A stretch of 64,000 nt of DNA from a bacterium. Lineage in GTDB: Bacteria > Fidelibacterota > Fidelibacteria > Fidelibacterales > Fidelibacteraceae. Of the stretch, positions 38,464-48,622 are shown piece after piece. A model generated the notes under the pieces. That model did not search any database and had not been told where the DNA came from. It saw only the letters and a program-made list of their open reading frames with translations. The stretch covers positions 512,001-576,000 of the forward strand of contig OY781066.1 of assembly GCA_963676395.1 (NCBI GenBank), in the 5' to 3' direction. The translations under genes were made by a program, and so were the position numbers. Each line of letters starts with the position of its first letter. Position 1 is the first letter of the stretch.

Positions 38464-41400
38464 TTATAAAATATCTTCGAGTATATCCATCAACTTTTTC
38501 ACATTGATCGGCTTATTAATGTAAGTTGTTAGAATCTTATGAGATTCTTCCTCAGAAGTAAAAGCATCTTTATTTTCATAGATACCAATAATGGGGAGAG
38601 CTTGATATTGCTCTTTAATTGTATCCAAACCCAGTTTCTTTATGCCCATATTGGCAATAAGCATATCCGGATTATACTTTTCAATGCTCATCATGGAATT
38701 TTCTGGATCCACAGCACGAATAACTTTATACTTACCGTTCAAAACAACATTAAGCAAAACAAAGGTACTTTCATCGTCTTCAACGATCAAAACAGTTTTA
38801 TGTTTTTCTACCCTTTTAGCTTCGGTATTATTATTGCTTGAGGTTTTTTCAACATCAAAGATGTTGATGTTCGATTTCTTATACTTAATCGTAAAGTAAA
38901 AAGTACTGCCTTCACCCGGTGAAGAATCAAGCCAAATTTCCCCCTCCATTTTCTCAACAATAGCCTTTGAAATAGCAAGTCCCAATCCGGTTCCTGTGGA
39001 AAAAGGATCGACCTGTACAAAGCGTTCAAATATCTGATCCTGCATAGATTCTTCAATACCAATCCCAGTATCTTTTACATAGAATTCTATAACACTTCGT
39101 TTAACTTTAAAACCCAGTTCTACTCGCCCCTCCTCAGTAAACTTGACCGCATTTGATATCAAGTTTCTAATGACCTGAGTCAAATTATTCTTATCTGTCT
39201 GTACATTAATATTTTGCACTTCAGATAAGGATAAAGTAACCGTAGGTTTTAAGTCCATTCTTTCTTGGGATAAAATATCTTTACACAATGCCATCAAATT
39301 ACAAGATTCATTTTTAATAACCAAAGAATCCGATTCGATCTTTGATATCTCAAGAATATCATTGATCAGCTTCAATAAGAGATCATTGTTTTCATTGATA
39401 AATGTCAGATATTTTCGTTTATCTTCAAGACTGATATTCTCACGACCGAGTAAATTAGAAAAACCCACAATACCATTCAAAGGTGTCCGAATCTCGTGTG
39501 AAATATTTGAAATAAAGGCGGACTTTAATCTATCCGATTCTTCAGCTTTTTCTTTAGCTTGAATCAATTCTTTTTCGTTAAGCTTACGTTCATCAATATT
39601 CATCATAAAACCATGGATAGCAGTCCCTTGTCCGTTCTCATCATATTCAGCTACCGATGCCCGTATTTCCACCCAAGAATTATGACCACCTAAACACATT
39701 CTTACTTCTTTATGAATGTGATTGATCTTTCCGCTTAATGCTTCATCGACCAAAGACTGAAATTCTTTTATATCATCAGGATGAATCGCTTCAATATAAT
39801 AACTGGCTCTTTCGGGATCTTCCTTAAGTTTCGAAGGATCAATACTTAATGCCAACCAAAAGTTCTCATCCTTATGGAGCACATCATTTACAATATCCCA
39901 TTCCCAATAAGAGTTCTTTGAGCTTTGCAGTGACTCATTTAGCCTCTCTTTTGATATGCGTATCTCTTCGTCTTGTAAATTTCTTAGGGTAACATCATTT
40001 ATAATCGCATACACAATGGTAACATCTTCTTCATCCAATAAATTCACAATAAGCTGAGCATTGAACATTGTACCATCATGTTTTTTCAATATAATTTCAA
40101 AGGGTTCTTTAACTAAATTCTCAATGTCTTTTACCAATGAATCATACTGAGGAAGATAATTCTTTATATCAAAGTCTTTAAAATGATCGGCCGGTGATGC
40201 AAATAATTCCTGAGCTTTATTGTTAAAAGCTTTGACTCTTCCAGATTCAAACTCAAAAATTACGATCGCTAAATTTGAATCTTCGAACATCAATCGATAA
40301 CGTTCGGAATATAATTTTGTTTTATGGGCCATATCTGTCCTATTGATCTCATAATTTCTATATCTAAAGTGATAAAGCAAAAGCAGCCAAAATAAAATGA
40401 ATAGTAATATGATCAAAGAAAGCGCTAAATAGAAAAAAGTACGATATTCATGATAGACTGTTAAAGGTCTGTTAACGATCCTGGAATTAGCCGGCAGCTC
40501 ACTGGGTAATATACCCCAACGTCTTAACTCTTTTGAATTAAAAATATATTGGTTGCGATCTTGAAGTCTTTTAATATTCGATAATGGTTCTCCATCAATA
40601 ATACGTATACCCAACTCAGCAGCGAGCTGACCTTGTTTATAAGCTTCTGTGACCAAACCACCAATAAATGCATCGTCTACACCCAAATCCATAACCGTAA
40701 AAATTGGTGCATTACTTGCTTTGGAATATTCCACATAATATTTTTGAGGATCCCAAAAAGCTTCATTCCCATCTACCTGCCAAATTGAAAATATAACAAT
40801 GGTATGACTAGGTAAAGTTGAGAGTGTCTCCATCATTTTAACGGTAGATATACCTTCAGAGCCATCGATCCATATTATATCCACACCATCTTTTATATTT
40901 GTTTTTTCCAAAGATCTTTCTGCGGTAATTCTATGTGATTTACCAGTAATTGAATTATCTGTAACAATCGCTATGTGCTTTGTGTGTGGAAAAAGATCTA
41001 GTCCCAATTCGATATTTTCTTTGAAAGGTAAATACTCCTCAACACCAACAAACATTGGGGAATCATGTTTTTGAACATCATTAATATTTGCCACACCACA
41101 ATAAACAATTGGTACTTCTTGATTTTTGTAATCAATGCTATATAATGCTTGTAAAGCGTTATTATCGGAAGCAATGATCAAATCCAAATATCCATCAGGA
41201 TAGGATTCGATCTTTTTCCAAAGGATCTCTTTCCAGGAAAATTTATTATATACGCGTTTGGTATCCATATTTTCAATATGGAATTCAAAATCATATTTAG
41301 AGTTTTTAAATTTATCAAGAATACCATTGGTTGTATTATCTGTCCAATAGTGACCTTGATGATATGAATTGATGATCAATACTTTTTTTCTAGCACTGTG

Positions 41401-41565
41401 GTCTAGTTCACTCTGATTGATCTTGATCTGGTTTTCTAAAGTATTTGCACACAAAGTACTTCCCAGGATCAAAAAGATCTGTATACCTAAAATTATTTTA
41501 GCGCGTAAGTTTCCGTGTTGCCTGTTCACGTGATGCGCACCTATTAACTTAATGATCATTTTCAT
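38464..41565 (-). CDS. Hybrid sensor histidine kinase (periplasmic binding-protein-like sensor, TM, 2 PAS, HisKA, HATPase, degenerate REC)
   Basis: VLIINSYHQG sensor start; SNISHEIRTPLNG; NLISNAVKFT, DTGIG and GTGLGL; REC region PDMLIAN lacks the phosphoacceptor Asp. Confidence 0.92.
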   Translation of the reverse strand: MKMIIKLIGAHHVNRQHGNLRAKIILGIQIFLILGSTLCANTLENQIKINQSELDHSARKKVLIINSYHQGHYWTDNTTNGILDKFKNSKYDFEFHIENMDTKRVYNKFSWKEILWKKIESYPDGYLDLIIASDNNALQALYSIDYKNQEVPIVYCGVANINDVQKHDSPMFVGVEEYLPFKENIELGLDLFPHTKHIAIVTDNSITGKSHRITAERSLEKTNIKDGVDIIWIDGSEGISTVKMMETLSTLPSHTIVIFSIWQVDGNEAFWDPQKYYVEYSKASNAPIFTVMDLGVDDAFIGGLVTEAYKQGQLAAELGIRIIDGEPLSNIKRLQDRNQYIFNSKELRRWGILPSELPANSRIVNRPLTVYHEYRTFFYLALSLIILLFILFWLLLLYHFRYRNYEINRTDMAHKTKLYSERYRLMFEDSNLAIVIFEFESGRVKAFNNKAQELFASPADHFKDFDIKNYLPQYDSLVKDIENLVKEPFEIILKKHDGTMFNAQLIVNLLDEEDVTIVYAIINDVTLRNLQDEEIRISKERLNESLQSSKNSYWEWDIVNDVLHKDENFWLALSIDPSKLKEDPERASYYIEAIHPDDIKEFQSLVDEALSGKINHIHKEVRMCLGGHNSWVEIRASVAEYDENGQGTAIHGFMMNIDERKLNEKELIQAKEKAEESDRLKSAFISNISHEIRTPLNGIVGFSNLLGRENISLEDKRKYLTFINENNDLLLKLINDILEISKIESDSLVIKNESCNLMALCKDILSQERMDLKPTVTLSLSEVQNINVQTDKNNLTQVIRNLISNAVKFTEEGRVELGFKVKRSVIEFYVKDTGIGIEESMQDQIFERFVQVDPFSTGTGLGLAISKAIVEKMEGEIWLDSSPGEGSTFYFTIKYKKSNINIFDVEKTSSNNNTEAKRVEKHKTVLIVEDDESTFVLLNVVLNGKYKVIRAVDPENSMMSIEKYNPDMLIANMGIKKLGLDTIKEQYQALPIIGIYENKDAFTSEEESHKILTTYINKPINVKKLMDILEDIL

Positions 41566-41749
41566 GGTCTCTCTCTCAAAAGTTAATGGTTTAGTATCAA
41601 TACTTATTATAAAAAGATTTTAGGGGATTTGGAACTTAAAAATCAAGAAATAGGAGTAATTAAAAAAAAACATAGAATTATCGCCAGCAAACCACATATG
41701 CATGGAATATTTAACAAAATATTTCCGACATGATTTTTAAACTATTTCT

Positions 41750-43027
41750 TTAGGCTTTAATATTTTTCAGTCTTTGTTCAAGATCTGCTTTGTATTTATT
41801 TAAATCAATTTTCTTCCGTGCAACACCACTTTTTACAGCAGCTTCTGCTACGGCGTAAGATTCCCGAACAAGCACACGAGGATCAAAAGGCTTGGGAATT
41901 ACATAATCTTTGCCAAATGTAAATTTAACACCATCATATGCTTTAGAGACTTCTTCAATACATTCTTCTTTAGCAAGATTAGCAAGGGCAAGAGTTGCTG
42001 CCACTTTCATTTCTTCATTAATCTCAGAAGCATAAACATCTAAAGCTCCTCTAAAGATAAAGGGAAACCCCAACACATTATTTACTTGATTAGGAAAATC
42101 TGATCGACCGGTCCCTGCTATTGCATCTGGTCTGACCTTTAAAATCTTGTCATAATCTATTTCGGGGACAGGATTGGCCATAGGGAATAGTATTGGTTTA
42201 TCTGCCATGCTCTTTACCATCTCATCGCTCACAAGACCTCCTACAGACAACCCGATAAAGATATCTGCATCGACCATCGCTTCAGCCAATGTTCTAGCCT
42301 CAGTATCAACCATAAACTGTTTTTTTATACTATCAAGTTCATCTTCACGATCTTTGTGCAAGACACCTTTACGATCACACATCAGGATATTCTCATGCTT
42401 TGCGCCCAACTGCACATAATGTTTTGCACAAGAAATAGCCGCAGCACCCGCACCGGATATTACTATCTTTACATCACTCAATTTTTTATTTTGTATTTCA
42501 CAAGCATTGATCAAGGCTGCAGCGGAAATGATAGCTGTCCCATGCTGATCATCGTGAAAAACCGGTATATCCATTTCTTCGATCAGTTTTTTCTCAATAT
42601 AAAAACACTCCGGTGCCTTAATATCTTCGAGATTGATACCACCAAATGTTGGTTCCATTGCTTTAACTATTTTGACCAATTCATCGGGATCCTTAGTATC
42701 CAACTCAATATCATAGACATCAATATCGGCAAAACGTTTAAAAAGAACTCCTTTGCCTTCCATCACAGGTTTCCCGGCGGCAGCACCAATATCACCAAGT
42801 CCAAGTACCGCTGTACCATTTGATATCACCGCTACAAGGTTTCCTTTATTGGTGTATTTATATATATCTTCGGGATGCTTTTGTATCTCCAAACAGGGCT
42901 CTGCAACACCCGGGGAGTAAGCTAAACTCAATTCTTCTTGAGTTTCGCAATTCTTCGTTGCCTTGACGGTTAGTTTCCCAGCAACCGGCTCAGCGTGATA
43001 TGCTAAGGCCTTTTCTTTTGTAATCAT
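41750..43027 (-). CDS. NAD(P)-dependent malic enzyme without a PTA domain
   Basis: [38 protein letters not shown] and [11 protein letters not shown]. Start placed at MITKE (SD GGAGGG). Confidence 0.95.
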   Translation of the reverse strand: MITKEKALAYHAEPVAGKLTVKATKNCETQEELSLAYSPGVAEPCLEIQKHPEDIYKYTNKGNLVAVISNGTAVLGLGDIGAAAGKPVMEGKGVLFKRFADIDVYDIELDTKDPDELVKIVKAMEPTFGGINLEDIKAPECFYIEKKLIEEMDIPVFHDDQHGTAIISAAALINACEIQNKKLSDVKIVISGAGAAAISCAKHYVQLGAKHENILMCDRKGVLHKDREDELDSIKKQFMVDTEARTLAEAMVDADIFIGLSVGGLVSDEMVKSMADKPILFPMANPVPEIDYDKILKVRPDAIAGTGRSDFPNQVNNVLGFPFIFRGALDVYASEINEEMKVAATLALANLAKEECIEEVSKAYDGVKFTFGKDYVIPKPFDPRVLVRESYAVAEAAVKSGVARKKIDLNKYKADLEQRLKNIKA

Positions 43028-43284
43028 AATCCCTCCGGATGAAAGTTTCAAAGCTCCACGCCGCTAAAATAACATAAACACAATTTGATTACAAGATAAG
43101 AATCGGTCAAGGATACTGGATCCATCGGACAAACTGAAAAAATTATAGAATCAAAAACCCGTAATCGAAATTCAATATTCGGAATTAATTTAAAGAACTA
43201 AACACCTTCCTTTGTAAATACTGCAGGATAATAGGTGTTCAGTCACTACTTTTTACTTATTATATTAATTCTCAATTAAGGAAG

Positions 43285-44475
43285 CTACCAACGATACGTC
43301 AACCCCACATTTATCCCTGTCCTTGTGGTATTATACTCATCTTGAGTCCAAGCTAATGTTCCCTGAAGTAAATAGTTTTCATCAATAGCCCATGAGCCCG
43401 TTAAAGCAATGGATGTACTTGAGACCCAATCATTGTTAAAAACATTAAAATCAGTTCCAACAACACTCATAAATTGGACATAATTATCCAGCTCATTAAT
43501 AAAATACCTTACTGTAAACTGATTTTGCCAGCTGGTTTTACCACTGTAAATAATCGAAACCTTATCTCGAACATAAAATTGCCCCGGATAAACGGCAACG
43601 GCAACAGAGGGGATATGTGCAGAAGTTGAATCATAATACATTAAGCGATATCCTACGGCCGGTTCCCATTTTGTTCCGATCGCTTGGTATAACTCTGTCG
43701 TTAGATCAAGAACTGGCATAAAAGTTCCCAGCAGACCAAGTTGCAACCTTGCATTTGCATAAGATTTTTCCCAGGTATCAAAGAAAGCATCCAAAACAAT
43801 GGTATTATCTATGGTATCATTTCTACCATAACGACTGATCTCAGCAGATATTAAAGCATCTTGAAAATCATGCTGACCAAAAATTCTTATTTGGCTCCAA
43901 TCCGGGCGACCCGGGTTAACGGCAAGATATTCTAATGATCCACCTACAGCCCAGTCGGTCTCTCGTTTTGGCATATTGATCGTTTTTAATAATTCTTCTA
44001 TCTCATTTTGATTTGCTCCATATTTACCGGCTAACTCAAGATGGGATCTGGCGGTTACAAAATTATAATTTGAAATTGCGATCTTGGCTGCCAACATATA
44101 GGCATCGGGATTTTCTGGTTCACGTGACATCCAATCAATAAGCTTGATCTTCGCATTCTTATAATCTCCCGCCCAATAATAGGTTTTAGCCATAGAAGCA
44201 TAGGCATCGTTATAATCTGGAGTCAATGTCAACACATGCATAAAATCACCGATCGCGATCTCATAATATCCCATTTGTGCAAAAATATTTCCTCTGATCA
44301 GCAAGGCGTCAACATCATTGGGATTTTCATTTAATATCTGTTGAAATACTTGAAGTGCTTCATCTCTACTTCCTGAATAATACAAATTCCTACCCGCCTG
44401 AAAACGTGCTTCATATTCTGAAATAGCAAACAAACATGTAAAAGAGATCAATAATAACAGAATGATTTTTTTCAT
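43285..44475 (-). CDS. TPR + YaiO-family outer-membrane beta-barrel
   Basis: Signal peptide; N-terminal TPRs (PNDVDA, PDYNDA, PENPDA); C-terminal barrel ending NVGLTYRW. Confidence 0.8.
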   Translation of the reverse strand: MKKIILLLLISFTCLFAISEYEARFQAGRNLYYSGSRDEALQVFQQILNENPNDVDALLIRGNIFAQMGYYEIAIGDFMHVLTLTPDYNDAYASMAKTYYWAGDYKNAKIKLIDWMSREPENPDAYMLAAKIAISNYNFVTARSHLELAGKYGANQNEIEELLKTINMPKRETDWAVGGSLEYLAVNPGRPDWSQIRIFGQHDFQDALISAEISRYGRNDTIDNTIVLDAFFDTWEKSYANARLQLGLLGTFMPVLDLTTELYQAIGTKWEPAVGYRLMYYDSTSAHIPSVAVAVYPGQFYVRDKVSIIYSGKTSWQNQFTVRYFINELDNYVQFMSVVGTDFNVFNNDWVSSTSIALTGSWAIDENYLLQGTLAWTQDEYNTTRTGINVGLTYRW

Positions 44476-44476
44476 A

Positions 44477-45856
44477 TTAATACCAGTTTTGTTTTCGTCT
44501 CATGTATGACCAGGTTCCTTTAATTCGCCACCAACTTGTCAACTGACGATAACCCAGATTTTCTATCAATGCAATACCCATCAAACGTAAAAGATCCCTA
44601 AATTTGGGATAACGGTGAAAACTCAACTCTTCGAGCACAAGAGCAAACACCGACAAACACATACCCAAAATAATCGCCACAAGAAAAAATGCAAATATGT
44701 AAATGGATGACGCTCGTCCGATAATAACCACAAAAAAGAAAATTAAATATCCCAACATCTCAATAAGGGGGCCCAACATCTCATAAAAGAAATAAAAAGG
44801 CATAGCTATCATACCCACTTTCTTGTAACGTGGCCGAAGTAGCATCGAAATATGTGTCATAATGGAATCAATCAATCCTCGCTGCCAGCGATCTCTCTGG
44901 CGTCCAAGGGTTTTCATGGTTGTAGGACCTTCCGTCCATGCAACAGGATCGGGAATGAATCTAATTCTATACGGAATATCATTATCACCACAATACTTAT
45001 GCAAACGTACAACCAACTCCATATCCTCACCAATAGTCTTACTTTCGTATCCACCGGCAGCTACCACGATGGAATGTCGAAACACACCAAAAGCACCGGA
45101 AACAATCAATGAAGAATCAAGCATATCCCACCCCATACGGCCGGCATAAAATGCTCGCAAATATTCCATCACCTGAAAACGAGCCCAAATATTTCTTGGC
45201 AAACCTACTTTGGTAATATGACCATCCTCAAAAGTACAACCATTCGCCATGCGAATAATTCCACCTGAAACGATGGTACGTGTGTCTTCGACAAAAGGTA
45301 CAACCACACGAGCAATAGAATCTTCTTCAAGCATGGAATCATTATCAATAGCGCAAAATAAGGGTGTTTGACAATAGTTGATACCAACATTCAAGGCATC
45401 AGCTTTTTTACCATTTTCCTTATCGATCAACCAGAGATTTTTATTAATAGTGGAACGGTAAATTTCCTTTACCGGTTGTGTTTCCAAGAATGAAGTCTGA
45501 GGCAAGAAAGCCGGCACCATTTCAAAAGCCGTGATCATTTTCTCTAAGGTATCATCAGTAGAGCCATCATTGATAAAGATCGTACGCATATCGGGATACT
45601 GAATTTTCATCTGACTCTTAACCGAGGAAATGCAGTTTGCAGATTCGTTGAAAGCCGGTGTCAGCAGTGTTACCGGTGGAAGGCTCTTGTTAAGCAACCT
45701 ATCGTTTGGACTCACCACATTTAGGCGAAGCATATATTTTTTTAGACCCCTATATGCAAGAATACTCAATGTAAAGTACCAAATATTCAGCGTAACAAAA
45801 TAGAAGAACACGATCAGGTTAAACCAAAAAACTATTTGAGCAATGATTCTTTCCAT
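44477..45856 (-). CDS. Processive GT2 glycosyltransferase (PgaC/IcaA/YaiP-like)
   Basis: DGSTD, KENGKKADALN, IDND, GEDME and QRDRW motifs; flanking TM helices. Confidence 0.92.
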   Translation of the reverse strand: MERIIAQIVFWFNLIVFFYFVTLNIWYFTLSILAYRGLKKYMLRLNVVSPNDRLLNKSLPPVTLLTPAFNESANCISSVKSQMKIQYPDMRTIFINDGSTDDTLEKMITAFEMVPAFLPQTSFLETQPVKEIYRSTINKNLWLIDKENGKKADALNVGINYCQTPLFCAIDNDSMLEEDSIARVVVPFVEDTRTIVSGGIIRMANGCTFEDGHITKVGLPRNIWARFQVMEYLRAFYAGRMGWDMLDSSLIVSGAFGVFRHSIVVAAGGYESKTIGEDMELVVRLHKYCGDNDIPYRIRFIPDPVAWTEGPTTMKTLGRQRDRWQRGLIDSIMTHISMLLRPRYKKVGMIAMPFYFFYEMLGPLIEMLGYLIFFFVVIIGRASSIYIFAFFLVAIILGMCLSVFALVLEELSFHRYPKFRDLLRLMGIALIENLGYRQLTSWWRIKGTWSYMRRKQNWY

Positions 45857-46926
45857 TAAAACACCATTCGTTTATACACAATACCCCATTTTAAATAATC
45901 AACCGCTTTTACGGAGATATGGGGCAAAAGATCTTTATCTCGTAATTTTCTGGCAGCTTTCACAGCTACCAAAACAGATTTATCATCAAAGAATCCTGCA
46001 ATATCTTTTTCTGTCAGATTCGGTGCAATGGCAATATATGCTTGTGCCGCAGCTGAACGCACCGACGGATCCGGGTGTTGCATGTACAACTTAACAATAT
46101 GCTGATGACTTTCATCACCCATTTCTTCGATAAAGCTCAAACAAGAAATAGAAACAAGAGGATGCATATTATTCTCAAGTAAATGTTTAGAGAGCTCCGC
46201 ACCTTTCGAATAGTGAAGTCTTCGCAAGGCTTCAATAGCAACCATCTGTCGGAATGGATCATCTGTTTGATATTCAATGATCATCACCAATAAGGGAATA
46301 ATCTCAGAGCCCATTTCTGCCATGATAGTACTCAAATATACCGGAGACACATAACGAAACTGAAAAAGAATTCTAAGCAATTGCTCTTTGATCTCATATT
46401 TATCCACCTTAGTCAACTCGCGGATCATGGTAAGTGACGATTCAATATCACTTTCGTTATACCGCACATAACGCATCTGTTCTTCGGGATGAAATAGAGA
46501 CAAAAGGTGAATACCGTACAAGCGGTCCTTGCGTCTTGGTGAATTGATCAGGCGATGTAGTCGCCCCAATGACATTCTTCCTAAAGCCGATAAACGATCT
46601 TTTTCAACACCCTTCACCATTGATATATATTTCTCTAAATAAAGTAAATAATCAATGGAATCACGATACGGCATTCTTCGAAATGCTTCTTTTGGAGAAA
46701 GCTTATTGTCCATAACCCCAAGAAATATTCTATTCCATTTTGAATGCTGTCGTTTTTCCCATCTTTCCTGACGGACATTTTTAATTCTTAAATATGATGT
46801 GATTAGAAAAAGTCCAAATGTCACAATAGAAAATATAACAATAAGCAAAACCAACAAAACCAAAATGATATATAGGTGATTTTGTCCTTCCAGTAATTGA
46901 ACCAGAAATGTCGAAGTCCTATCCAT
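45856..46926 (-). CDS. Membrane-anchored HEAT-repeat protein
   Basis: N-terminal TM; HEAT repeats (HPDPSVRSAAAQA, DKSVLVAVKAARKL); stop codon overlaps the GT2 start (TAATG). Confidence 0.8.
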   Translation of the reverse strand: MDRTSTFLVQLLEGQNHLYIILVLLVLLIVIFSIVTFGLFLITSYLRIKNVRQERWEKRQHSKWNRIFLGVMDNKLSPKEAFRRMPYRDSIDYLLYLEKYISMVKGVEKDRLSALGRMSLGRLHRLINSPRRKDRLYGIHLLSLFHPEEQMRYVRYNESDIESSLTMIRELTKVDKYEIKEQLLRILFQFRYVSPVYLSTIMAEMGSEIIPLLVMIIEYQTDDPFRQMVAIEALRRLHYSKGAELSKHLLENNMHPLVSISCLSFIEEMGDESHQHIVKLYMQHPDPSVRSAAAQAYIAIAPNLTEKDIAGFFDDKSVLVAVKAARKLRDKDLLPHISVKAVDYLKWGIVYKRMVF

Positions 46927-46938
46927 ATTATTTTTTGA

Positions 46939-48195
46939 TCAGTTAGCCAGTTTTTTAATTCTTGAAGACAGTTCAACCATTGAAAAAGGTTTCAATAAAT
47001 AGTCTTGTGCTCCTGCATTGAATGCATCAACGATTTCATTTTCATGACCAAAGCGGCTCATAATCATAACCGGTACATTTTCCAGCTGAGCAAAACTTTT
47101 GATCTCACGGACCATATTGATTCCACCACCTACAACCATGGTATCAACCAAAATCGCAGCAATATCATCAGTAGAAACTTGTGTAAATATTTCAGATATA
47201 TTAGAAAAACATGTTGGGATAAACCCATCTCGTGCAATTCTATGTTTAACCAAGGAACAAGAAACTTCATCGGGATCCGAAACAAGAATATGCTTTTTCG
47301 TCGATTTGATCGTTGTCATGAATTGAACGGGATTTTCATCTGGATTCGCTGCCAGTTGAACAAGCTTATTCGACATTAATGCAATCCGTTCTTGCAAAGA
47401 CACATCCGGTAATATTGGACTAAGTATTGCATGAAACCCGGGGGTATTCTCATTCTTGGTGATCAATTTCATATTCTCAATATATTTCAACCTCAGCTGC
47501 TCAAGTCCGGTTTGCACCAGATCCAAAGGTTTATCAAGAATGGCAAAAACAATAGAGCGATGGGTCCAAGAAACTGCCTGCAAATCATCACAGCACATCT
47601 TTCTAACAAGTCTAGCCGTTTCCCCAAGAAGCATATCACCGGTTTCTAAACCATGATCACGTATGATCATATCAATGCCATCAGGAGCGATCATACCAAG
47701 AATTCCTTCTTGATTGCCGGACTCAATAGCCTTTTGATCACGTTTATAATCTTCCTCAAATTTCTCTCGGGGACCAAAGCCTGTAATTGAATCCGTCCCA
47801 TCACCGGTAACAACACTCTGTGATCGACTTAGCTTATTTTCAATGGTTCTAAAAAATTCTTCTTTATCATACGGCATTTCAAAATACGAATCTGCCCCCT
47901 GAGAATAGAAATCTTCTTTCACCCACTGAGCCGGAAGTGATGAAACAACAATGATCGGTGATTCGTAGAGCTTTTTATTTTTATGAAGCTCTTCAACAAA
48001 AGTTCGACCATTTCCATCGGAAAAAAACGGATTAACGATTACGACATCATAATCATTATTATCGATAGCGGCTGTACTTTCAAGAATTGAATTTACAATG
48101 TGAATACTATCAAATAAGGTATGTATATCATGCTGAATTTCATCCGCATGTCCCTGATTCTGCTCTATGATAAGTAAACTCTTCTTCGTTTGCAT
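46939..48195 (-). CDS. Response regulator with REC - degenerate GGDEF - REC architecture
   Basis: Two REC domains (…YFEMPY, …DYLLKPFS). The central TDSITG...HGLETGDMLL GGDEF fold has WTHRS at the GGDEF site. Start placed at MQTKK (SD GAAGG). Confidence 0.8.
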   Translation of the reverse strand: MQTKKSLLIIEQNQGHADEIQHDIHTLFDSIHIVNSILESTAAIDNNDYDVVIVNPFFSDGNGRTFVEELHKNKKLYESPIIVVSSLPAQWVKEDFYSQGADSYFEMPYDKEEFFRTIENKLSRSQSVVTGDGTDSITGFGPREKFEEDYKRDQKAIESGNQEGILGMIAPDGIDMIIRDHGLETGDMLLGETARLVRKMCCDDLQAVSWTHRSIVFAILDKPLDLVQTGLEQLRLKYIENMKLITKNENTPGFHAILSPILPDVSLQERIALMSNKLVQLAANPDENPVQFMTTIKSTKKHILVSDPDEVSCSLVKHRIARDGFIPTCFSNISEIFTQVSTDDIAAILVDTMVVGGGINMVREIKSFAQLENVPVMIMSRFGHENEIVDAFNAGAQDYLLKPFSMVELSSRIKKLAN

Positions 48196-48622
48196 AACCT
48201 TCTCATTTGATACATGTTGCCAATTATTCAAATATAGACACTTTTTTTAATATTATATAGGCATTTCTTAATTATTCCCAACATTTAATATATAGCTTTT
48301 ATCATTGTTTTAACTACTTTAAACGAGTAAATATTTTTACAAATATCCGAATCTCGAAGTAAGCAAATTTCATCAATAACATAGTCGATTCATCGAATAA
48401 TTATCCATTTCTTCACTCAAAAATCATATCATCATACCGAAAAATAATTATTGCGAAGATAATCTTCCAAACGATTTTAAGATTTTTTATAAAATCCATC
48501 AATCAATTCTTGCTAGTAAATTCATTTCATCTACTATCTGCAATAATGCAATCAAATAAATATTTTCGTAGGTGCTCACTGACTTTTATCACTAAATTCA
48601 TGTCGAATATTTAGGATAAATA

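Noticed and set aside
43195..43245. c-di-GMP riboswitch or sRNA downstream of the YaiO-like gene
   Set aside because: Only one imperfect hairpin is present, with no GEMM consensus; it is more likely a terminator or stabiliser.
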